Assembly (NCBI GenBank): GCA_964481395.1
Contig: CAYZYG010000014.1
Span: forward strand, 217-64,216
From: an uncultured Vicinamibacterales bacterium
GTDB taxonomy: Bacteria > Acidobacteriota > Vicinamibacteria > Vicinamibacterales > JAKQTR01
Reading direction: 5' to 3'
Length of the DNA: 64,000 nucleotides
Shown here in pieces: positions 9,683 to 17,176 of this stretch (the first letter of the stretch is position 1; every line of letters starts with the position of its first letter). The translations under genes and the position numbers were made by a program. A model generated the notes under the pieces. It made no database searches. It was not told the DNA's origin and saw only the letters and a program-made list of their open reading frames with translations.

Positions 9683-12600
9683 CTACTTCCCGACGACTTT
9701 CATCAGGATCAGCCTCGCATCGTTGGCGGTCACGCGGCCGTCGCCGTCGAGATCCACACTCGTGTCCTGGCGCGTCAGTCTGACCGACATCTTGAGCGCG
9801 TCCAGGGCGCGAGCGGCCGTCATCGGCCCTCCGATTCCCTGGTTAACAGGCGACCCGGTTCCCCCGGGTTCCGCACCCCCGCTCGTGGAGCCGGCTCCCC
9901 TCCCCGGCCCAGGTGCGGGTGCGGTCGCCGGCGCGAGAGGCGCGGTTGGCGTCCCGACAGCGGCCGGCGGCGCGGACAGGGGACCGGTGCCGGCGGGGGA
10001 AGCCGGGGGCCTCGGAGCCGGATCGGATGGCGCGACATCGTGCGGAACCCGCGCGGCCTGCGCGGCTTCACACTCGCGAAGTTCAGCGGCACGCCGGGAG
10101 GTCTCCCGGTCGGTAGCGGCCCGATCGACGGACAGGCACCACTTGACGTGCGCGATACTGTCGGGATTCCAGAGTCCCGTCGGCTGGAAACCGCAACCGA
10201 CGGTCGACGCCCGCTGCACCTGTACCAGGACCGTCTTCGCGTAGTCACGGCACTCAGCTTCGCGCGCCTTGGTCGCCGCACAGTCCGCCAGCGCAGTGTC
10301 CCGCTGTCGAGCACCGGCCGCCTCCGCTTTTTCATCAACGGCGAGACACCACTTGACCTGCGCGTCGCTGTCCGGATTCCAGATTCCTGTCGGCGGAAAA
10401 CCGCAGCCGATCGACGACGCGCGCTGCACCTGCGCCAGGGCTGCCTTCGCGTAGTCGCGGCATGCCGCTTCACGAGCCTTGGTCGCCGTGCACTCTGCCA
10501 GCGCGGTGTCCCGCTCGCGCGCGCCGTCAGCCAGCGCCTTCTCATCGACGGCCATGCACCACTTGACGTGGGCTGAGACGTCGGAGCTCCATGCGCTACC
10601 CGTGAATCCGCACCCCCGGGCAGCGGCGTTCCTGACCTGCTGCGCCGCCGCGGCGGCGTACTCCCGGCAAGCTGCCTCCTTCGCGCGGCGCGCGTCCATC
10701 GCCCGCTCGCAGGCCAGCAGGGCCGTCGCCCTCCGGACTGCCTCGCGATCGGTGGCCGTCTGATCGACGGCCAGGCACCAGCGATAGTGCGAGTCGCGGT
10801 CGACGCTCCAGGTTCCGGTTTCGGCGAATCCGCATCCCTGGCGTTTGGCCTGTTGGACTTGGGTCAGCGCCGCTCCAGCGTACGTGCGACACGAGGTCTC
10901 CCGTTCACACGTTCTCCAGAGTCCGTTCCGACGTTCGACGTCGGCGTCAACCGTGGCGCGATCCGGCGCTGCGAGGCACCATTGGTACAGTGGGGCCTCG
11001 TCCCTGGCGAGTCCCTCAAGGGCACACCCCTTGGCCAGCATCGCCCGGGCCTGGTCTGCGACCGTTTTCGCGTACGTGCGACACGCCGTCTCCCGGCGCG
11101 TCACCGCCTCTCGAGTTCTTCGACATTCATCGAGCGCGCTCGTCCGGGCTGCAGTCTCGCGGTCGGCCGTCGCCGGGGTCACCGCCAGGCACCAGCGATA
11201 GTGTCCGTCACCATCGGAACTCCAGGTCCCCGTTTCGCTGAAGCCGCATCCCAGGCTCCGTGCCTGCTCCAGCTGGTTGAGCGCGCTGAGCGAGTACGTC
11301 CGACAGGTGGCCTCGCGCGCCTGCTGCCCCGAGCACGCCTCGACCAGCGCGTTGCGGCGGGCGATGTCGGCGTTCACCGCGCTTCCGTCGACACCAAGAC
11401 ACCAGCGGTACAGAGTGTTCTCATCAGCGGTCAGCCCTCCCAGCGAACAGCCGGCGGCCGTCACAGACCGTGCCTGTGTGGCCGCGTCCTTCGCGTACGA
11501 CCGGCAAGTCCCCTCTCGCCTCGCGCGGGACTCTTGAGTCGCCTTGCAACGAGCCAGCGCGCTCGTCCGGGCTGCAGTCTCGCGGTCGGCCGTCGCCGGG
11601 GTCACCGCCAGGCACCAGCGATAGTGGCCGTCACCGTCGGGACTCCAGGTCCCGGTTTCGCTGAATCCGCATCCCAGGCTCCGTGCCTGCTCCAGTTGGT
11701 TAAGCGCGCTGAGCGAGTACGTCCGACAGGTGGCCTGGAGCGCCTGCTGCCCCGAACACGCCTCGACCAGCGCGTTGCGGCGGGCGATGTCGGCGTTCAC
11801 CGCGCTCGTCTCAGCGCCAAGGCACCACCGGTAGAGTGCGTTCGCGTCCGAGCTGAGCCCCCCGAGCGAACAGCCTGCTGCGCTGAGGTTGCGCGCCTGG
11901 TCGGCCGCGCCGATCGCGTAGACGCGGCAGTCCTGGTCCCTCGGATTCGCAGGTGGGAGCGCAGCAGGGGGTGCCGGCGCCGGAGGTGCTGATACAGGCG
12001 GTCGCGTCTGGGCGGGGGGCGGAGGGGCCGCAGGGCTCGGCGCACTGGGTTTCGCCGGAGGAGGTCCCGACAGCCGTCCCCATGTCAGCCGGGTTCCATG
12101 GTTGTTCTGGCCGTCAAGCCGCTGGCCATCGGCGGACAACCTCATGGCGTCGATATAGCCGTGTTGCCAGCGTACGACCCACAGCGCCTGGCCGTTCCGA
12201 TTCTCAGCTCCCCAGGTGCAGCGATAGGCTTCGCCATTGTCGTTGACCGACCGGCACGTGCCATCGGCAGCAAGCTCGTTCACACCGCCCGGCCAGCGCC
12301 ATCTGCCGACCAGATTCAACGCGGTCCCCGCCGCCGGCCTGGCTTGGTTGACCCGCGTGCGATCCACGAACCCACTGATGCGCGTGGGACTCGGCACGGG
12401 GTTCCCGTAGCCGGGGCCTTTCAGCCAGCAGTGCCCGACGGGCCCTGACGCCCCGGGAACATTGGGCGGCAGGTACTCCCACCCGCTGCACGCCTCGTGT
12501 TGAGCGCAGGCGTTCCGGCAGACGTCCGGTCCGGCGGAGGTGTCGAAGTGATGCACGTCGCCGCCGACGATCCCGATGCCGTTCTGCATCGTACCGTGCG

Positions 12601-12691
12601 GGTACGGCTGGGCGGACGCCCCGAGTGTCCACGCCAGCATGATCGCAACGCTCCACGCCACCACACGGGGTACGGAAGTCGCCGGTCTCAT
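9683..12691 (-). CDS. secreted PAN/Apple-domain protein with nine Cys-rich repeats and a C-terminal dockerin-like module
   Basis: 1002 aa. Domain order: signal peptide MRPATSVPRVVAWSVAIMLAWTLGASAQ, PAN-like CRNACAQHEACSGWEY...GHCWLKGP, Pro-rich linkers, nine repeats of about 69 aa (CR.Y...GC...W...H..WC...C), and the C-terminal DLDGDGRVTANDARLILMKVVGK. Confidence 0.85.
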   Translation of the reverse strand: MRPATSVPRVVAWSVAIMLAWTLGASAQPYPHGTMQNGIGIVGGDVHHFDTSAGPDVCRNACAQHEACSGWEYLPPNVPGASGPVGHCWLKGPGYGNPVPSPTRISGFVDRTRVNQARPAAGTALNLVGRWRWPGGVNELAADGTCRSVNDNGEAYRCTWGAENRNGQALWVVRWQHGYIDAMRLSADGQRLDGQNNHGTRLTWGRLSGPPPAKPSAPSPAAPPPPAQTRPPVSAPPAPAPPAALPPANPRDQDCRVYAIGAADQARNLSAAGCSLGGLSSDANALYRWCLGAETSAVNADIARRNALVEACSGQQALQATCRTYSLSALNQLEQARSLGCGFSETGTWSPDGDGHYRWCLAVTPATADRETAARTSALARCKATQESRARREGTCRSYAKDAATQARSVTAAGCSLGGLTADENTLYRWCLGVDGSAVNADIARRNALVEACSGQQAREATCRTYSLSALNQLEQARSLGCGFSETGTWSSDGDGHYRWCLAVTPATADRETAARTSALDECRRTREAVTRRETACRTYAKTVADQARAMLAKGCALEGLARDEAPLYQWCLAAPDRATVDADVERRNGLWRTCERETSCRTYAGAALTQVQQAKRQGCGFAETGTWSVDRDSHYRWCLAVDQTATDREAVRRATALLACERAMDARRAKEAACREYAAAAAQQVRNAAARGCGFTGSAWSSDVSAHVKWCMAVDEKALADGARERDTALAECTATKAREAACRDYAKAALAQVQRASSIGCGFPPTGIWNPDSDAQVKWCLAVDEKAEAAGARQRDTALADCAATKAREAECRDYAKTVLVQVQRASTVGCGFQPTGLWNPDSIAHVKWCLSVDRAATDRETSRRAAELRECEAAQAARVPHDVAPSDPAPRPPASPAGTGPLSAPPAAVGTPTAPLAPATAPAPGPGRGAGSTSGGAEPGGTGSPVNQGIGGPMTAARALDALKMSVRLTRQDTSVDLDGDGRVTANDARLILMKVVGK
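11135..11803 (-). repeat. recent in-frame 423-bp tandem duplication inside the 1002-aa gene
   Basis: About 245 bp starting gcgcgctcgtccgggctgcagtctcgcggtcggccgtcgccggggtcaccgccaggcaccagcgatagtg recur at about 11135-11380 and 11558-11803 with only scattered mismatches. The offset is 423 bp, which is 141 codons or two protein repeats. Confidence 0.85.
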
Positions 12692-12752
12692 GGGCCGCCT
12701 CCGGAATCAGGAACCCCACGCTACAGGTCGACGGCCAGCTCCGTGACACGCA

Positions 12753-13451
12753 TCAGCCGAGAGCCCCACCGCACGCCCGGCAGAACCGGCTGCCGGCCTC
12801 GACGGGCTTGCCGCAGTGAGGGCAGAAGCCCTCGGCCTGGATGGTCGAGCCACGGTGCGACGCACTCTCGGGGGGCGCGGGATCAGCCTTCGTGGAGGAC
12901 CTGCGACGCGCCACGAACGCCACGGCCACAGCCACCAGCACGAGCGCCGCGGCGGCCGCCACCCACAAGAGGACCGACGTGCCTGTCCGCGTGAACGAAC
13001 CCGCCCTTGGCGCGACGGACATTTCGAGCGACCGTTCGTACTCCCACGCCAGCACCTCGTGCAGGCTGAGCGGCACGGTCGTGTCGTCGCCGTCCATCAC
13101 CGTGAAGGTCAGGATCACGAGCGGCCCGCCGGCCTGCGTCACGGCCTGCGACATGGCCGCCGCCAGGCGAGCCCGGCCTGGCTCGACCACGTTCCAGTCG
13201 AGCATCGCCCCCGGCAGAAGGCCACCCGCGGCAACGGCGGTCAGTTCGAGGACCGCCGCGTCGTAGACCACGTCGAACTGGATCGCGCCCAGGCCGACAG
13301 CCCCGTCGGCCACGACTGGAATCTCGACGCTGCCGCCGCCAGGTCCGCTCTTGGCCTCGAACCCAAGTCCGACGGGCGCGGCTGAGGCGGTCGCCGCCAG
13401 CAGGCAGGCCAGGAGGATTACGCTCCCGCGCATCGCACGATGTGCTTTCAT
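12753..13451 (-). CDS. membrane-anchored cohesin-domain protein with cytoplasmic zinc ribbon
   Basis: 232 aa. Domain order: signal peptide, cohesin-like GSVEIPVVADGAVGLGAIQFDVVYDAAVLELTAV...LVILTFTV, TM helix VLLWVAAAAALVLVAVAVAFVA followed by RRRSS, and C-terminal CPHCGKPVEAGSRFCRACG. Confidence 0.8.
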   Translation of the reverse strand: MKAHRAMRGSVILLACLLAATASAAPVGLGFEAKSGPGGGSVEIPVVADGAVGLGAIQFDVVYDAAVLELTAVAAGGLLPGAMLDWNVVEPGRARLAAAMSQAVTQAGGPLVILTFTVMDGDDTTVPLSLHEVLAWEYERSLEMSVAPRAGSFTRTGTSVLLWVAAAAALVLVAVAVAFVARRRSSTKADPAPPESASHRGSTIQAEGFCPHCGKPVEAGSRFCRACGGALG

Positions 13452-13467
13452 CGGTTTGCCCTCCTCC

Positions 13468-14883
13468 CTACTTGCCGACGACGGCCTGAAGGATCAACCG
13501 CGCGTCGTTGGCCGTGACGCGGCCATCCTTGTCCATGTCGCACTTACGATCTTCATCCAGCAGCCGCACCGACATCTTCAGCGCGTTCTTCGCATCGTTC
13601 GCGGTGAGCCTGCCATCGCCATCGGAGTCTCCCGTGAGCGAGGCCTGGCGAATCTCGACCGCCCCGTCGATGGTTGCGACACCCACCTTTGCACCGCCGC
13701 TCGCGTTCGCACTGGTGACACTCGGCACCAGAGCCGCTCGCGAACCCGCCCGGCCGACGGCCTTGAACGTAATCCCGGCAAACGGCGATCCGGTCGATAC
13801 GCTCGCCTTGCCGGCGAATCCCAGATAGATGATGCCCGGCTCACCTCTGGGACTGGCGTTCGCCTCAAAGAGCGCATCCCCGAGCGCACTGCCGCGCGCC
13901 GGCGTCCCCACAACGCTGACGACGGCGGGGTCGTACCTGATGGTGACGTTCAGACTCGCCACGTCGCCGCTCCCGATCAGTTCGACGGGAACATCGACAG
14001 TCCCGCCAGGTTCGACCGTCCTCGTGCCCACGCGTACGGAGAGGGGCACTTCGTGCTGCACCGAGTCCGGGATCCTGGGCCGATTGGGGCGATCGGGCCT
14101 GCCAAGGTCCGTCTCTCCCTGTCCTGTAGTCGTGCCGGGGCCGACCGTTGTCCCGGTGCCGCCTCCGGTTCCGGTTCCGCTACCGGTTCCGTCGCCCGGC
14201 GGTGGGGACGACTCGGGCCCTTTGGTTCTCGTCGCCTCCAGTTTCGTGTTGTACTGATCCCGGCCGTCCATCCGAGTTTCGCTGATGCTGGTCATCCACT
14301 GGACGGGACCGTCCGCCCAGCGAAACACCAGGTACTGGCGGCCGTCTTTCGTCTCCGGGCCCCAGGTGCACCTGCCCCGCGCCGTGCCGTTCTGCCGAAG
14401 GACGCAGGTACCATCCGCGAGTATCACGTTCTCCCCGCTCCACCACGTCCACGTCCCCAGTGCCGCCACCGCCGCGCCGGTCGCCGGCCGCGCGGTGTTG
14501 ATTCGCGTGCGGTCCACGAAGCCCACGTCGCGCTGGGGCTCGGCTCGAAGCGGGCTGGTCGCCCAGCCATTGAGAAGCCAGCAGTGCCCATCAGCATCCC
14601 CGCCCGATGGACGCAGAAAGTTCCAGCTGCCGCAGGTTTCGTTGGCGACGCACGCCTGCATACAGCCCTTCGCTCCGGTCGGGTTCCGGATTTCGGCAGG
14701 CGGAGATGCCGCGTTGAGCGCGTTCGTAAAGTCTTTCTGCTCCAGAACGGTCGCGTGTGGATACGGGGGCTCCTGGGCGAAGGCCCCGCCCGACGGCAGT
14801 ACCGGAATCGCCAACGTCAGGATGATGGCGCACAGGACGAACCGGATATCCGTTCCTCTCTGGGAGCACCGTCTCGTGGGCAT
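13468..14883 (-). CDS. secreted PAN/Apple + cohesin + dockerin protein (putative adaptor)
   Basis: Start chosen at MPTRRCSQRGTDIRFVLCAIILTLAIPVLPSGGAFAQ (complement 14881-14883). Domains: PAN-like CMQACVANETCGSWNF..GHCWLL, cohesin-like GGTVDVPVELIGSGDVASLNVTIRYDPAVVSVV, and two dockerin Ca loops DSDGDGRLTANDAKNAL and DMDKDGRVTANDARLIL. Confidence 0.82.
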   Translation of the reverse strand: MPTRRCSQRGTDIRFVLCAIILTLAIPVLPSGGAFAQEPPYPHATVLEQKDFTNALNAASPPAEIRNPTGAKGCMQACVANETCGSWNFLRPSGGDADGHCWLLNGWATSPLRAEPQRDVGFVDRTRINTARPATGAAVAALGTWTWWSGENVILADGTCVLRQNGTARGRCTWGPETKDGRQYLVFRWADGPVQWMTSISETRMDGRDQYNTKLEATRTKGPESSPPPGDGTGSGTGTGGGTGTTVGPGTTTGQGETDLGRPDRPNRPRIPDSVQHEVPLSVRVGTRTVEPGGTVDVPVELIGSGDVASLNVTIRYDPAVVSVVGTPARGSALGDALFEANASPRGEPGIIYLGFAGKASVSTGSPFAGITFKAVGRAGSRAALVPSVTSANASGGAKVGVATIDGAVEIRQASLTGDSDGDGRLTANDAKNALKMSVRLLDEDRKCDMDKDGRVTANDARLILQAVVGK

Positions 14884-15184
14884 GGCGGGAACCTCCTCAG
14901 TATCCGGCGTGGCCGGAGTGGGCGAGACAACCGTGGCCCGCTGGGCGGGACGATTCGGATGGGAGGGGCAGACCAAAAGCGGGTCGGACGCAGCACCGCC
15001 GAACGGCGACCCGGGCGTGGACATGACCCACCTCGGCCGACAGGACGCTGGGCGTATCTGGAGGGTATTGCGCTCGCCGAGTGGCCAGGAGGCTGGGCCA
15101 CCCCACGGCAGGCACTCGTCCGGGGGCGCTAGGCTGCGCCTGCAGCGGGTCAACTCTGCGCCTTTTCGATCGAGCTGTCAACTC

Positions 15185-15222
15185 GGACCATCGCGCGGAC
15201 CATCGCGCGACTATCGCGCGCT
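15185..15222. repeat. three tandem 11/12-nt units ACCATCGCGCG
   Basis: ggaccatcgcgc ggaccatcgcgc gactatcgcgcgc, inside the 590-bp intergenic region between the cohesin-dockerin module and the PDZ-Sel1 gene. Confidence 0.7.
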
Positions 15223-15472
15223 GGACTACCGTGCGGATGATCGGGCGTTACCGGGCGTATCGCGCGGCTCTGTGCTTGGCTGTGCTGTTGGCTCTGCTGT
15301 TCCGTGCTGCCGCTATGGTCGCTCTCTGGTCCCGGATTCCCTCTCCTGGCCGGCATGACGCAGGCGACCACCCGCCCGATCCCTGTTGCGACGATGACTC
15401 CGCCCCCGCCGTCGATCGGGTATGCTATGCGCACCCGTCGTGCCCCAACGGTCCCGTGCAGGAGGGGATGAC

Positions 15473-17137
15473 ATGCGCCTCGCGTGCGTCGTCGTCATGC
15501 TGCTGGTGTGGAGCACTCAGGAGCTGGCCGGGCAACAGCCGCCAGCGCCGTGTTCGGGGCGCCTCGATGAACTGCAGATCCTGAAGCTGGCGGCCGGGCA
15601 GGCCCCGGAGGCGGACCTGCTGGATCTCATCAGCAGGTGCGGCTCGGCGATCGACGTCACGCCGGAAGTCGAAAAGCGGCTGCGCGCGGTCGGCGTGACG
15701 GATCGCGTCCTCGACGCACTCCGCGCAACTGGCCACGCACCGGCTCAGGACGTCAAGGGAGCCGAGCCTCCTCGGCAGCCAGCGGCACCCACGTCACCGC
15801 CTTTCCCCTCTCCGGGATTCGTCACGGGAATCGCCAGCGATGAGTTCCGGAAGGAGAAGGGGTTCCCTCTGGACCAGATGGGAGCACGGGTTCTCCGGGT
15901 TCTGAGCGGAGGTCCGGCCGATCGGGCAGGCCTGCGCGTGGGGGACATCATCGTGGGCCTCAACGGCCACCCCCTGACCAGGGTCGGCGGGGACGTGGCG
16001 AGACGAGTCGAGCAGGACGCTGCCGTCGGCATGGTGGTCCGCCTCGAGGTTCATCGGCCCAGCGGCCGGGCGACCATCAGTGTCGAGCTCACCGATCAGG
16101 CCAAGTACCTCGACGAGCAGTGTTCGAAAGGCATGGCGTATGCCTGTACGGTGCTGGCCTCCGGGTTTACCGGCGGCCCGCACCTCCCGGAGGACCGGCC
16201 CCGTGCCGTCAACTTGTGGCGCCGGGCGTGCGATCTCGGAGATCTCATTGGCTGCAGGAACCTCGCCAGCGAAGAGGCGTTCGGCACACCACCGGGCATC
16301 GGAGCCGAAACGGCGGTGGCGTGGCTACGGAAGGCATGCGACCAGAAGGACGAGCATGCGTGTCTGTGGCTGGGCAGCGCCTACAGCAACGAGAAGCTCG
16401 GGTTGAAGCGCAACCCCAGCGAGTCCAGGAGGCTGTTCGAGTTGGGATGCAACAACGGGGCTCCCAGCGCGTGTTTCTATTTCGCCTTTGATGTATTCGC
16501 TGGAGAACCCGACTCGGCGGCTGCCGGCCGGGCCGAGCGGGCGTACCTTCTCGCCTGCGACTTCGGCGACGCAACAGCCTGTCACAATCTGGGCAACGGC
16601 TACTGGTTTGGAGAGCACGTCCCCGAGGACGAGGAGAAGGCTCTCTCTTTTTGGAGGCTGGCCTGCGATCACGAGGCCGGTTTCAGCTGCGGACAACTGG
16701 CTGAACTTTACTACCTCGGGTTCACCGGCACCGTCACGGTTCCCCAGGATTTCGAGAAGGCACTCGGACTCTACCGCAAGGCCGCGTCTCTCGGCCATGC
16801 GCCTTCCCAAACGGCGCTCGGGCGTGCCTTGGCAACGGGAGACGGCTTCTCTGCCGACACCACCGAGGCCGCGCGCTGGCTGGCACAGGCGGCCGAACAT
16901 GATGAGCCTGCTGCTCAGGTCTACCTGGCCAGGCTCCTCGTCCGCGGCGATGGCGTGAACCGCGACGACGTCGCCGCCATGATGTGGCTCACGATAGCGT
17001 TGGATTCCCTCGACGAGGATGCGGCGTTCGACTGGGTAGACGAAGCCCGCAAGCTGCTCGATTCGATGAAGGGGTGGATGACGCCCAAGGAGATCGCAGA
17101 GGCTCAAAAGCGCGTCGCCGAGCGAAAATCGAAATGA
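15473..17137 (+). CDS. secreted PDZ-domain protein with Cys-paired Sel1-like repeats
   Basis: Start at MRLACVVVMLLVW (signal peptide). PDZ segment GARVLRVLSGGPADRAGLRVGDIIVGLNG. Repeated Sel1/Hcp-like units carry Cys pairs: ACDLGDLIGC, ACDQKDEHAC, GCNNGAPSAC, ACDFGDATAC, ACDHEAGFSC. Confidence 0.8.
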   Translation: MRLACVVVMLLVWSTQELAGQQPPAPCSGRLDELQILKLAAGQAPEADLLDLISRCGSAIDVTPEVEKRLRAVGVTDRVLDALRATGHAPAQDVKGAEPPRQPAAPTSPPFPSPGFVTGIASDEFRKEKGFPLDQMGARVLRVLSGGPADRAGLRVGDIIVGLNGHPLTRVGGDVARRVEQDAAVGMVVRLEVHRPSGRATISVELTDQAKYLDEQCSKGMAYACTVLASGFTGGPHLPEDRPRAVNLWRRACDLGDLIGCRNLASEEAFGTPPGIGAETAVAWLRKACDQKDEHACLWLGSAYSNEKLGLKRNPSESRRLFELGCNNGAPSACFYFAFDVFAGEPDSAAAGRAERAYLLACDFGDATACHNLGNGYWFGEHVPEDEEKALSFWRLACDHEAGFSCGQLAELYYLGFTGTVTVPQDFEKALGLYRKAASLGHAPSQTALGRALATGDGFSADTTEAARWLAQAAEHDEPAAQVYLARLLVRGDGVNRDDVAAMMWLTIALDSLDEDAAFDWVDEARKLLDSMKGWMTPKEIAEAQKRVAERKSK

Positions 17138-17176
17138 GGCGCAGCCTCGCTGGAACTCTTCCGCCGTCCCGCGGCG

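Noticed and set aside
15081-15584. 167-aa ORF, or a shorter TM-helix ORF starting MIGRYRAYRAALCLAVLL, in the long intergenic region
   Set aside because: It overlaps the well-supported start of the PDZ-Sel1 gene. Its third-position G/C content is visibly lower than in real genes here, and it has no RBS or known motif. It is kept only as a remote possibility.
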